64,000 nt of DNA from IMG/VR virus record IMGVR_UViG_3300015371_000023. One strand, given 5' to 3'. The position numbers and the translations under genes were made by a program. Positions 18,596 through 28,681 of this stretch are shown piece by piece (position 1 is the stretch's first letter; every line of letters starts with the position of its first letter). Source of the stretch: an uncultured virus (IMG/VR IMGVR_UViG_3300015371_000023) (taxonomy: Duplodnaviria > Heunggongvirae > Uroviricota > Caudoviricetes). The notes beneath the pieces were generated by a model that worked only from the letters and a program-made list of their open reading frames with translations, did no database searches and was not told where the DNA came from.

Positions 18596-19041
18596 AACTG
18601 ATCGACCGGTTCGGACCGGAGATCGAGTTCGATCTGTTCGAACGCGGGTGGGACCTGCTCGACGTGTTCCGGCGTCGTCGTCCATGGGGGCAGCTGGAGC
18701 GGATTCTGGAGCGCCTCCCGCGGCATTCCCTCTACCGGGCCGCCTTGGACGACGATGAGGAATACGCCGAGCTCGCCGCCCGCATGCTCGATGAGGAACC
18801 CCCACGGGAAAGCCGGGTCCCTCTCGTTCGGTATGACGAAGTGGTTCTCCGGCTCGACAACGTCTTCGACGTCCTCAATGCCATCAACGAGACGTTGATC
18901 GCGGTCAATTCGAAACGCAAATCGGCGGTGCAGTTCCCGAACCGCGCGCCGCGGCCGGAAACCGCGAGCCAACGCCTCAAGGCACGTCGTAAACGCGAAC
19001 GCATCGACGGACTCGTCCAACACATGACCGGAGGGAGATAG
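18523..19041 (+). CDS. tail assembly chaperone -1 frameshift extension (gpGT-like)
   Basis: The -1 frame is open from 18523 into the 18664-19041 ORF (ELIDRFGPEIEFDL..LPRHSLY). Confidence 0.75.
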   Translation: MLHTAAACHHAQAWQLARQLVGRIELIDRFGPEIEFDLFERGWDLLDVFRRRRPWGQLERILERLPRHSLYRAALDDDEEYAELAARMLDEEPPRESRVPLVRYDEVVLRLDNVFDVLNAINETLIAVNSKRKSAVQFPNRAPRPETASQRLKARRKRERIDGLVQHMTGGR

Positions 19042-19044
19042 CTC

Positions 19045-22000
19045 GTGCCCGCTCGTGGCGGATATGACGTCGGTACTGCCTTCCTCCAGGTGCTGCCCAG
19101 TTTCGACCACACCCAGAAGGCCATCAACACCTGGGTATCGAAGCTACGGCCCGTCTCGATCCCGACGAAGATCGAGGCCGGCCAGCTCAGCAGCGCCATC
19201 GACGACGCCGCCCGCCGCGCAGCCAAGGGCACGACGATCGACCTCCGGCCCAAGGTCGACACCTCCGGCATCGCCGACGACCTCGCAAAGGCAACAAAAA
19301 ACCTCAAGGTCACCGCGAAGGCCGAACTCGACGACCGGCAGCTCGACGCGAAGATCAAGGAAGCGAACGCCAAGGGCATCGCGATCCTCGCGAAGCTGGA
19401 CCTCGACGAGTCCGAACTCCGCGCGAAGCTGGCGGCCCTGGACACCGAGACGCCGAAACTGGGCGTCGATGTGGACCTCAACCGCGCCAAGCTGGACGCC
19501 CAGCTCGCCGCGATCCAAGCCCGTCGCGAGAAGATTCAGCTCGACGTCGAGGCCAATACCGCGGGTGCAACCGCGGCCCTGGACCGAGTCGACGAGGAAG
19601 CCGACCGGCTGGACGGCAAGAAGGTCAACGTCCAGGTCGAAAGCTCGGAGGCGTCCCGAGCGATCGGGATCATGGCGTTGCTCACCGCGGGCATCGCCGC
19701 CGCCGGTTTCGCCGCCCCCGCCGCGGCCGCCGCCATCGCCGCCATCGGTCCGGCGGCCAGCGCGGCGGGCCAGGGTGTCACCGTCCTTCTCGCCGCATTC
19801 AACGGCGTCGGCGACGCGGTCAAGGCCTACCAAGCGGTCGACGATGAGGCGATCGGCCGTGCGACCCGCAACGCGCGACAACGCATCACTCAGACGAACG
19901 CGATCGCCTCCGCACAGAGCTCCCTCGCTTCAGCCCAGGCATCGGCTGATCACACCGCCATTTCCGGTGCTGAACAGGTCCAGTCGGCCCGCGAAAGTCT
20001 GACGCGCGCCGAGGAGCAGCTGGCGACCGCGCGGGAAACCGCGACTCGGCGCGTCGAGGATGCGGAACGCTCTTATGCCGCGGCGCAGCTGAATGCCCGC
20101 GATGCGCAGGTGGCGCTGAATGAGGCGCGTGAGGAAGCGCTTCAGCGGATCGAAGATCTGAAGCTGTCGCTTAAAGGCGCGGCTCTGGATGAGGAATCGG
20201 CCTCGATCGCGTTGGAGAAGGCGCAAGCCAAGCTCCAGACACTGAAGAACGCCGGCGTCGGTCCCTCCACATTGGAATACCGCGAGGCCGACCTTGCCGC
20301 CCGCCAGGCCGCCCAGTCCGTGGACGAGGTCCGCGCTCGCTACGCCGATCTTCAGCAGCAGTCCGACCACGCCGCGAAAACGGGCGTGGAGGGCGACAAG
20401 GCGGTCATTGCCGCCCATAAGGCCGCCGACGCCGCGACTGTCCGCGTCCAGGACAGCGAGCGCCAACTGGCGCAGGTACGCGCCGACGGCGCCCGCGAGG
20501 TCTCGCGCAGCCAAGCGCAAGTCGCCGCGGCGACCGTGGCCGCCGGCCAGGCCCAGGAGCACGCCGCGTGGGCCAACCAGGCGGCCACCAAGGCCGTGGC
20601 CGACGCGCAGCGAAACCTGGCCGAAGCGACCCAGAAGGCCGGCGAGGACGGCACCGCCGCGATGGACAAGCTGAACCTTGTCCTTTCGAAGCTGACCCCC
20701 GAGGGGCGCGCGTTCGCGCTGTTCCTCCAGCGTGAGGTCAAGCCGGCCTTGCACGATATCGGCGACGCGGTTCAGGCGACGCTGCTGTCGAAGATGCAGA
20801 GCGCGTTGGCGCGGCTGATCACTCTTGCCCCGGATGTGAAGTCGGCGCTCACCTCCACCGCGGACGTGATCGGTGATCTGGCGGTCAAGGGCGCGCAGCT
20901 GGTCACCAGCGGACCGTGGCGACGGGACTTCGCCACGATCGCGCGGAACAACAACGCGCTGATCGACTCCATGGGCACCACGGCGCTGTACCTGGCCGAT
21001 GCCCTGCGCAACATCACCGTCGCCGCCGGCCCGATGCTCGTTCGCTTCGCGCGCATCGCCGAGCAGGGAGCGGCGACCTTTGCTGCCTTCGTTCAGGGCA
21101 AGCGCGACTCCGGCGAGCTCACCCAGTTTTTCCACGACATGGGTGACCGGCTGGAGGAAATCTTCACCGTCCTCAAGGACGTCACGGTCGCGGTCTGGGA
21201 TCTCGCCAACGCGCTCGGGCCGCTGGTCGGGTCGGGTCTGATCAAGGCGATCGACAGCGTGGCCAAGCTCCTGGATGGCTTTGCCACCGCGAACCCGCTG
21301 CTGGCGAACATCGTGGCAATTGCCGGCTTGGCCGCATCGGCGTTCGTCTACCTGGGTCGCTCGGTGATCGGCACCGTGGGGGCGTTCCGGAAAGGCGCGC
21401 AAGGCTTCAGGCTCCTCACCCGCCCGCTGCGTGGCGTCACCGAGAGCGTCCAGAAGGCCGCTGACGGCACGGGCCGGCTCGCCGGGGCCGCGAACGCCGT
21501 GGTGTCCCCCCTCTCGCGGATGCGCCAGGCCGCGCGGGACATCGCCACCGCCTACAGCGACGGCGCCCAGCGCACCCGGGACTGGATCGGCGCCCACTCA
21601 CAGATGGGACTGGTCGGAAAGGCGCTCGACGCCGCCAATGACGCCGCCACGCGCCTGAACAAGGGTGCTCGCGACGCCGTGGGCAGCCTCGACGACGCCG
21701 CCGGCCGGGCCGCGAAGTCGATCCGAACCCAGCTGCTGCCGGCGCTGGCCTCCACTGTCGACACCATCTCCGGACGGTTCGGCCACGCGTCGGTCGCCCT
21801 GGGCGATGCGTTCGAGACGGCCGCCGCCACCACCGCGCGCGTCGGTCGCGCGATCGGCATCAACATCGCCAACGGCGTCGAGGTGGGCCGCCGTGCCCTT
21901 GGCGACCTCGCTGGGAGCCTTGGTTCGCTGCGCGGCGGAGGAGATCCGCTGGGCGGGCTCGCCGCCGGCATCTACCATGCCGACGCCGCGTTCGACGCCC

Positions 22001-25000
22001 TCACCCGCACCGCGGGCCGAGTCCGTGACGTCGTCGAGACGGGTGTGGTTCGGGCCAGCATCGCGGGCAACCGGGCGCTCGACGCGATGGGGCGCACCGT
22101 CCTGCGGGCCCGTGACGCCCTCGAAACGGGGTTCATCCGGGCCTGCATCGAAGGCAACCGCGCACTGGACGGCCTGGGCAACACGATCCAGACCGGCTTC
22201 ATGCGGGCTGTGATCGAAGGCAACCGCGCGCTCGACGCGGTCGGCAACACCCTCACCAACGGTGTCCTTCGCCCCCTGGTGGACGCCCGCAACGCCTACC
22301 AGGAAACCACCACACGGCTGCGCGAGTTCAGTGCAGTGCAGCAGGCCGTGGCCGGAGACCTCGACCGCAGCGGCGGGTTCGTGTCCCGTCTGCGGGGTGC
22401 GCTCTCGGATCTGGGTGCCGTCAGTGCCGGCGTCGGGGAAGCGGTGCGGACCGGACTGTCCGGGCCGATGGAGGTCGCTCGGGCCGGGCTGACGAACGTC
22501 GCTTCCGCAGCGGGCGGTGTTGTCAACGTCGTCGGTACCCGCGTCCGCAACGCCCTGGTCGGACCCAACGGCCTGGTCGGCGCGCTCGGCGGCCCCTGGG
22601 GTCTGGCGATCACCGGCGCCGTCGCCGGCCTCGGGCTGCTCGCCCAAGCCCACCAGGACGCCAGCAACGACGCAGCAGCCCAGGCCGACCGTGAACGTGA
22701 CCTGGCGGCAGCCCTGCGCGAGTCCAACGGGGTCATCGACGCCAACGTGCGCAAGAAGGCCGCCAGCGACCTGCAGAACTTCAAGCTGCATGACGGCAAC
22801 CGCAACCTTCTCGAAGACGCCCGGAAGCTGGGCGTGTCCATTCCAGACCTCACCGATGCCTACCTCGGCAACGGCCAGGCGCTGGAGCGGGTGAAGGAGT
22901 CGCTGCGCAAGGCGATCGAGGCCCACACCCATTTCGCGGGCCTGGGCGAGTGGTTTACGACGAACGTTGATCACATGACCACCGGCGTCGGTGGCGCCGT
23001 GATGGCCTACGACGATCTCGGGTTCACCGCAAAGCAGACTCTCGACATTGTCGATCAGGTCGGCGGAACGTTCGCGAACGCCGTCCAGGACAACAAGAAC
23101 CTCGCGACCGCGCTCGGGGAGACGGGCGCGAACACCACGAAGGTCGCCGATTCGATGACGGCCGCCAAGGCGGCGGCGACCGAATTCAAGAACAAGCTGG
23201 CCGAAATCGCCGACACCTCCCAGGACGTCGGTACCCAAGGCCGAGCCGTCCTCGACTTCCTCGACCAACTCAAGGGCCGCACGCCCGACGCTGGCGAAGC
23301 CGTCGACAAGATCAACGGTGACCTCCGGACCCTCCTCGACGGGTTCAAGGACGCGGCGGGCAACGTCATCTCGTTCCGCAAGGGCTTCATCGCCGCCAGC
23401 GGCGAAATCGACACCACCAGCCAGGCCGGCAGTGACCTGCGGCGCACGGTGAAGGACCTCGGCGGCCACCTCGCCGCCGCCGGGAAGGCGGCGTTCGACC
23501 AGGCCAAGGCCATGGGCAAGAGCATGCCCGAGGCGTACCAGGCTGCCCTCGACGCCATGGACCCGTATCTGGGACGGATCCACGACGCGCTGAAGGCCAA
23601 TGGCCTCACCGAGGACCAGATCAAGCGGCTCCTGGGCTTCTACAACCTGGTGCCGCCCGACATCGCCACCACGATCCTGCTCGCCGGCGACAAGACCGCC
23701 TCCGACCAAGTGTCGAACGTTCTCGCGTCGCTCCAGCAGCTGCCGCCGGAAGTGCCGGTGAAGGTCGATGCCCTCACCGGCCTGGCCGAGCAGTCGCTGA
23801 TCCAGCTCGGGTACCACATCGTCCAGCTGCCGGACGGCACCTTCAAGGTCTTCTCCAACACCGCCATCGGCCAGCAGCAAGCCGACGACTTCATCGCGCA
23901 CAACAACGGCCGGCCCGTCACGTTGGAAATGGCGATCGCCACCGCCAAGGCGCAAGCCGATCTGGATGCTTTCAAGGCCCGCAACAGCGGCATCGAATTG
24001 CACCCGTTCCTCACCGGCTCGGGAAAGATCGGCTACACCGGCGTCGACGGCGACACCCGCATCCTCGGCACCAACCTGCGGATGGTCAACGCCATCGGCC
24101 GGATCATCGAGTTCTACGGCAACGGCGGGCTCACCCCCATGTCCGCCGACGTCGCCGCCGTGGTCCCGCCGAACACGATGCGCGTCATCGGCGACCGGGC
24201 TTCGGGCGACGAGGCGTTCATTCCGATCAACAAGTCTGCACGGTCTCTGGCAATCCTCGCCGAGACGGCGAAGCGGATGGGCTATGCCCTTTCGCCGCTC
24301 GCTCGCGGGGCGTTGCTAGCGTTTGCTGGCGGTGCGGTGGCCGTTCCGGGATCGTCGGCTACCGCACCGTCCTCCAGTGCCACGACGCCGGATGCCGCCG
24401 CCTCGGCGGACACCATGGCCGACGCCGCCAAGGCCGCCGACGTCCTCGCCACGGCACTCGCGGCGCTCCAGGCCGCGACAATCGCCTACACCACCTCAGC
24501 CCTGGCTCCCCAGGTCGACGAGCTCACCAACGCCGTCGTCCCGGCCGTGGATCTGCTCCGCACCGCGCTGGCGCCGCTGCAAACCGAGTACTGGACGACC
24601 AGCACCACCGTGGCGACCACCACCAACGCCATGGTCGCCGCCACCGCCAGCTCGGTCGCGCAGATCACCGGCCAGCTGGGTGTGCTGCGCGCCGGCCTCA
24701 ACCTGACCGGGCAGGCGTTCCAGAACACGGCGAGCTGGGTCAACACCTCGTGGAGCCAGATGCGCGGGTACGCGCAGGCCCCCACCCGGGACATCCTCAC
24801 CGGACCGCTGAACGCCGGTCTGATCAGCGCGTGGAACTACCTCGATTCCTCGTTCGGGCTGAACCACCACCTCAACCCGGTCCCCGTGCCGTTCTCCGAA
24901 GGCGGCCCGGTCAAGGGCCCCGGAACCGGCACCTCGGACAGCATCCTGGCGCGACTGTCCAACGGCGAATACGTCCTGCCGGCCGACCTGACCCGGAAGA

Positions 25001-26211
25001 TCCTCCCGTTCCTGGAGGCCCTGCGAGGCCGGAAGGCCGAAGCGCTCCAGGCGGCCGGCTACGCCAAGGGCGGCCTTGTCGCCGACACCGGCAGCGCGCT
25101 CAACGCGATCGTCGCGCGGGCGAAGCTGTTCGCCTCCGCCCAACAGGGCAAGCCCTACATCTGGGGAGGAGTCGGCCCCAACGGCTACGACTGCTCCGGC
25201 TTCATGTCGGCCATCACCAACGTCCTGCGCGGCGAAACCAACCCCTACCAGCGGCTCGGCGTCGCCGCGTCCGAACCGTGGCCCGGCTTCGTCCGAGGGC
25301 TGTCCAGCGCGTTCGCGCTGGGCGCCAGCTCGGTGCACACCGCCGGCACCTTGGGCGGGGTCAACGCCGAGAGCACCGGTGATCACGTCCGCTTCGGTGG
25401 CGATGCTCACGGCGCCGACGATGGCCAGTTCACCGTCCAATCGAGCCTGCCCCTGGCCGGGGGGACATTCGTCTCCGGCGGCGGGACGTTCGACCCCGCC
25501 GCGCTCGTCGCGGGCGCCTTCACCGACACCCGCGCCATGGTCCGGGACATCCTCGGGCGCTACCCGGGCAACATCATGGCCCAGCACGGCGGCGGCGAAG
25601 TCTCCTACGCCGCGGACCGGCTCCAGAAGCTCGCCACCGAACGCCTCGCCGCCAACACCGTCAGCGGGGGACCGGCGGTGGACGCGGCGCAGAACTTCGC
25701 CCGCGGCGCTCTTGGCCGGTTCGGCTGGGGCCAAGAGCAGATGGCGCCCCTGATCGCGCTGTGGAACGGCGAATCCGGCTGGAACTACCAGGCACTGAAC
25801 AAGAGCTCCGGCGCCTACGGCATCCCGCAGGCGCTCCCCGGCGACAAGATGGCGTCGCAGGGGCCGGACTGGCGCACCAACCCCGCGACCCAGATCCTCT
25901 GGGGGCTGGGGTACATCAAGAGCCGGCCGGACTACGGCAGCCCGGCCGCCGCGTACGCGAAGTGGTTGTCCCGCAGTCCGCATTGGTACGACGACGGTGG
26001 GTGGATGCCGCCGGGAATGAGCGTCACCGCCAACCACACCGGCAAGCCCGAGGCCGTCTTGACCGCGCAGCAGTGGCAGGACATCCGCACCATCGCCGGC
26101 ATAGACCGCGGCGGCAGCCGCAACATCACCGTCAACGCCAAGACCGACGCGTCCCCTGAGCACATCGCGAGCGTCATCGATCGGCGCCTCGCCATCGGGA
26201 CCCGGCTGTAA
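19045..26211 (+). CDS. tape measure protein with C-terminal NlpC/P60-like and lytic transglycosylase domains
   Basis: 2388 aa, Ala-rich helical; GKPYIWGG.GP.GYDCSG; ESGWN..SGAYGIPQALP. Confidence 0.95.
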   Translation: MPARGGYDVGTAFLQVLPSFDHTQKAINTWVSKLRPVSIPTKIEAGQLSSAIDDAARRAAKGTTIDLRPKVDTSGIADDLAKATKNLKVTAKAELDDRQLDAKIKEANAKGIAILAKLDLDESELRAKLAALDTETPKLGVDVDLNRAKLDAQLAAIQARREKIQLDVEANTAGATAALDRVDEEADRLDGKKVNVQVESSEASRAIGIMALLTAGIAAAGFAAPAAAAAIAAIGPAASAAGQGVTVLLAAFNGVGDAVKAYQAVDDEAIGRATRNARQRITQTNAIASAQSSLASAQASADHTAISGAEQVQSARESLTRAEEQLATARETATRRVEDAERSYAAAQLNARDAQVALNEAREEALQRIEDLKLSLKGAALDEESASIALEKAQAKLQTLKNAGVGPSTLEYREADLAARQAAQSVDEVRARYADLQQQSDHAAKTGVEGDKAVIAAHKAADAATVRVQDSERQLAQVRADGAREVSRSQAQVAAATVAAGQAQEHAAWANQAATKAVADAQRNLAEATQKAGEDGTAAMDKLNLVLSKLTPEGRAFALFLQREVKPALHDIGDAVQATLLSKMQSALARLITLAPDVKSALTSTADVIGDLAVKGAQLVTSGPWRRDFATIARNNNALIDSMGTTALYLADALRNITVAAGPMLVRFARIAEQGAATFAAFVQGKRDSGELTQFFHDMGDRLEEIFTVLKDVTVAVWDLANALGPLVGSGLIKAIDSVAKLLDGFATANPLLANIVAIAGLAASAFVYLGRSVIGTVGAFRKGAQGFRLLTRPLRGVTESVQKAADGTGRLAGAANAVVSPLSRMRQAARDIATAYSDGAQRTRDWIGAHSQMGLVGKALDAANDAATRLNKGARDAVGSLDDAAGRAAKSIRTQLLPALASTVDTISGRFGHASVALGDAFETAAATTARVGRAIGINIANGVEVGRRALGDLAGSLGSLRGGGDPLGGLAAGIYHADAAFDALTRTAGRVRDVVETGVVRASIAGNRALDAMGRTVLRARDALETGFIRACIEGNRALDGLGNTIQTGFMRAVIEGNRALDAVGNTLTNGVLRPLVDARNAYQETTTRLREFSAVQQAVAGDLDRSGGFVSRLRGALSDLGAVSAGVGEAVRTGLSGPMEVARAGLTNVASAAGGVVNVVGTRVRNALVGPNGLVGALGGPWGLAITGAVAGLGLLAQAHQDASNDAAAQADRERDLAAALRESNGVIDANVRKKAASDLQNFKLHDGNRNLLEDARKLGVSIPDLTDAYLGNGQALERVKESLRKAIEAHTHFAGLGEWFTTNVDHMTTGVGGAVMAYDDLGFTAKQTLDIVDQVGGTFANAVQDNKNLATALGETGANTTKVADSMTAAKAAATEFKNKLAEIADTSQDVGTQGRAVLDFLDQLKGRTPDAGEAVDKINGDLRTLLDGFKDAAGNVISFRKGFIAASGEIDTTSQAGSDLRRTVKDLGGHLAAAGKAAFDQAKAMGKSMPEAYQAALDAMDPYLGRIHDALKANGLTEDQIKRLLGFYNLVPPDIATTILLAGDKTASDQVSNVLASLQQLPPEVPVKVDALTGLAEQSLIQLGYHIVQLPDGTFKVFSNTAIGQQQADDFIAHNNGRPVTLEMAIATAKAQADLDAFKARNSGIELHPFLTGSGKIGYTGVDGDTRILGTNLRMVNAIGRIIEFYGNGGLTPMSADVAAVVPPNTMRVIGDRASGDEAFIPINKSARSLAILAETAKRMGYALSPLARGALLAFAGGAVAVPGSSATAPSSSATTPDAAASADTMADAAKAADVLATALAALQAATIAYTTSALAPQVDELTNAVVPAVDLLRTALAPLQTEYWTTSTTVATTTNAMVAATASSVAQITGQLGVLRAGLNLTGQAFQNTASWVNTSWSQMRGYAQAPTRDILTGPLNAGLISAWNYLDSSFGLNHHLNPVPVPFSEGGPVKGPGTGTSDSILARLSNGEYVLPADLTRKILPFLEALRGRKAEALQAAGYAKGGLVADTGSALNAIVARAKLFASAQQGKPYIWGGVGPNGYDCSGFMSAITNVLRGETNPYQRLGVAASEPWPGFVRGLSSAFALGASSVHTAGTLGGVNAESTGDHVRFGGDAHGADDGQFTVQSSLPLAGGTFVSGGGTFDPAALVAGAFTDTRAMVRDILGRYPGNIMAQHGGGEVSYAADRLQKLATERLAANTVSGGPAVDAAQNFARGALGRFGWGQEQMAPLIALWNGESGWNYQALNKSSGAYGIPQALPGDKMASQGPDWRTNPATQILWGLGYIKSRPDYGSPAAAYAKWLSRSPHWYDDGGWMPPGMSVTANHTGKPEAVLTAQQWQDIRTIAGIDRGGSRNITVNAKTDASPEHIASVIDRRLAIGTRL

Positions 26212-26219
26212 GGAGGGCC

Positions 26220-27161
26220 ATGCAGGGCACCGTCTGGACCCTCGAAGACATCACCTTCCACTACAGCCCCAACGTCCGCGATTCGGCGGGCGTGCAATGG
26301 ATCCTGACCAAAGAGGAAGGATTCTGGGGCACCCCCGCCCCGGCCGCCGACCTGACGCCGCGATTGAACCGGCACGGCGCCTACCGCAGCCCCGGCTGGA
26401 AAAAGGAACGCATCGTCAGCCTCACCGGCCGAATGTACGCCGACAGCTTCACCGCCCTGCGGCAAGCCGAGGCGAACCTTCTCGGGATCCTGTCCGACCC
26501 AACAAAGCCCGGCAAGCTCACCTGCTACTCCGAGCTCGGTCCAATGTGCCTCGACGTGTTCCTCGACGACGCGATCATCTGCACACCACTGGAGATCGTC
26601 AGCGAGCCCGGGATCGAATTCTCGCTTCAGCTTGTGGCGCCGGATCCCCGCAAGTACGCCGACGTCGTGCAAACCCGGACCGCGGGCCTGCCGCAAGACG
26701 ACGGCGACGGACTGGACTTCACCACCGTGGTTGCACCCGAGACCGACCCCGGCCTGTTCTTCGGCTCCGGCGCCCCCGCTGACGGCCTCCAGTTCGGGAC
26801 GTTCTCCGGGTCCGGCTTCATGACGCTCAGCAACCCCGGAACCGCACCGGCCAGCCCCGTCTACACCTTCTACGGTCCGCTGAACATCCCGGTGCTCACC
26901 ACCAACACCGGGTTCACCATGCGGTACAACAACGCGCTCGCCGCGGGCCGCTACATCGTCGTCGACCCCGCCGCCCCGAGCGTGCTCTACGGCGGCTTGT
27001 ACTCCGTACGCGCCTCCATGTTCCCCACCCACTTCGACGAGTTCTTCGTACCCGCGGCCAAGGGCGGGGTTCCCGGGGAACTCACCGTCGGCCTCTCACA
27101 CTCCGGCGCCGTCACCGACGGGGGCTACGTCCAAGCCAGCTACCGGACTAGCTGGTTCTAA
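26220..27161 (+). CDS. distal tail (Dit-like) protein
   Basis: Directly after the tape measure; FSLQL.APDP.KY, NPGTAPA.P. Confidence 0.8.
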   Translation: MQGTVWTLEDITFHYSPNVRDSAGVQWILTKEEGFWGTPAPAADLTPRLNRHGAYRSPGWKKERIVSLTGRMYADSFTALRQAEANLLGILSDPTKPGKLTCYSELGPMCLDVFLDDAIICTPLEIVSEPGIEFSLQLVAPDPRKYADVVQTRTAGLPQDDGDGLDFTTVVAPETDPGLFFGSGAPADGLQFGTFSGSGFMTLSNPGTAPASPVYTFYGPLNIPVLTTNTGFTMRYNNALAAGRYIVVDPAAPSVLYGGLYSVRASMFPTHFDEFFVPAAKGGVPGELTVGLSHSGAVTDGGYVQASYRTSWF

Positions 27162-27191
27162 GCAAACGTCAACCACACCAAGGGAGAACGC

Positions 27192-27485
27192 GTGGGTACG
27201 TACTCCGACCAGCCGGACCCGCCGGTCTACTACCAGGTCGTTGATACCCGTGACTGCGTCCGGTACACCGACGTCGACCAAGCGCAGTGGTTCATCGACC
27301 GCATCAACCGCGCCTACGGCTCCGACACCGGCGCCCGTCTCGACGGCGAAATCGTCCGCTGGTACGGCTACTACCAACTGCACGTCGGCGACTGGCTTCT
27401 CAACGGCACCACCCCAATGAGCGATGCCGTGCTCCGCGCCAGCCGCCTGCGTCCCGTTACCGGCACGTTCCCCGAGGAGGCGTAA
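27192..27485 (+). CDS. hypothetical tail-region protein
   Basis: GTG after AGGGAG; coupled to the next gene. Confidence 0.6.
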   Translation: MGTYSDQPDPPVYYQVVDTRDCVRYTDVDQAQWFIDRINRAYGSDTGARLDGEIVRWYGYYQLHVGDWLLNGTTPMSDAVLRASRLRPVTGTFPEEA

Positions 27486-28681
27486 TGGTCGCCCTCGGCT
27501 CCGTTGTCCAATCCGCCTACGACCCGTGGGCCGTGCAGAGCCGCATCGGCCTCACTGACGCACGGCTGGCCCTCGACTCGGTCCTCATGCCGCGTCCCAA
27601 CCTGTCCTATATCGACTTCCGCAGCGGCGTCATGGCCTCCGGGGACTCCGCGAGCTCCGGCACCCCCGGCCATATGGCCATGAAAGTTCAGCCGGCCACC
27701 GGTGGCGCCTTCGCGGTGACCGTCGAGATGGGCAACGCGGTCATCAACTCACCCGGCCAGGGCGCGTACATGTGCGCTTTGGACAGTCGAGCGACCCTCA
27801 CCCTGGCCGCCGCCAGCCCGACCACCAACCGAATCGACCTCGTGGTGGCCCGGGTCTACGACGACTACAACACCGCCATCGCCAGCGAAAGCGGCGAACG
27901 CAAGTTCACCGTCGAAGTCTGGCAAGGCGACCCCACCACCGGGACGCCGGTCCAACCCCCCCCCGAGCCGACCAACGGGTGGCACCCCCTCGCGGCCGTC
28001 CTCGTCGCCAAGGACACCGCCACGATCACGACGTCGATGATCACCGACCTGCGTGGACCCGGGTTGGTGGCCCGCGGCGGAATGCGGTCGCTCTACGGCA
28101 ACGACGCGAAGACAACCAGCTCCGCGTTCCTGGAGGCCGGGGCGTACCCCGGCGACCAGCGTTTCGTGTACGCGCCGGGTTTCCAGCACCAGATCTACTA
28201 CGGCAGCGACACCGGTTGGCGCGGCGTCATGAACTGCATCAGGTACTACGCCACTGCGCCCGAGGGCGGATTCTCCTGGTTCCCGGGATACGGGACGGCA
28301 GCCGAACTGTGCCGGGTGACGATCCCGTACCCCGGTGTCCCGTTCTTCGTGTACCCGACCGCCCGCGCGAAGATCACCATCTCCGCCAACTGCGCCGCCG
28401 ACCTCGTCATCGCTGTCGGGTCCGTGGGCGGACCGGGTGTCAACTGGGTCCGGTTCGACTCCTTCGGCGCCTCCGGCGACACCGATCACGTCGTCGGCGT
28501 GCCCCCGATGCACTACGGGCCTTTCACGGCCGGGGTGGACATCGTTCTCCTCGCAGCGATCCGCGTCAGCCACAGCTCGTCCGAGGGCTTCGGGTTCTAC
28601 GGCAACACCGGGGCCGAGGCGAACCACAACGTGCTGTCCTGCCTGGTCTTCCCGTCCACCAACCAGCCCCCGGCGGTGTGA
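27485..28681 (+). CDS. minor tail protein
   Basis: RIDLVVARVYD..LAAVLV..ITDLR baseplate-like motif. Confidence 0.78.
   Translation: MVALGSVVQSAYDPWAVQSRIGLTDARLALDSVLMPRPNLSYIDFRSGVMASGDSASSGTPGHMAMKVQPATGGAFAVTVEMGNAVINSPGQGAYMCALDSRATLTLAAASPTTNRIDLVVARVYDDYNTAIASESGERKFTVEVWQGDPTTGTPVQPPPEPTNGWHPLAAVLVAKDTATITTSMITDLRGPGLVARGGMRSLYGNDAKTTSSAFLEAGAYPGDQRFVYAPGFQHQIYYGSDTGWRGVMNCIRYYATAPEGGFSWFPGYGTAAELCRVTIPYPGVPFFVYPTARAKITISANCAADLVIAVGSVGGPGVNWVRFDSFGASGDTDHVVGVPPMHYGPFTAGVDIVLLAAIRVSHSSSEGFGFYGNTGAEANHNVLSCLVFPSTNQPPAV

Noticed and set aside
22030..22260. Three tandem repeats encoding TG..RA.I.GNRALD
   Set aside because: Ordinary tape-measure helical repeats within the CDS, not an array.
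19055..26163. Long alternative-frame and antisense ORFs over the tape measure gene (e.g. 801 aa, 555 aa)
   Set aside because: Shadow ORFs expected from high-GC codon bias; no recognisable motifs. The same applies to most overlapping ORFs in the track.
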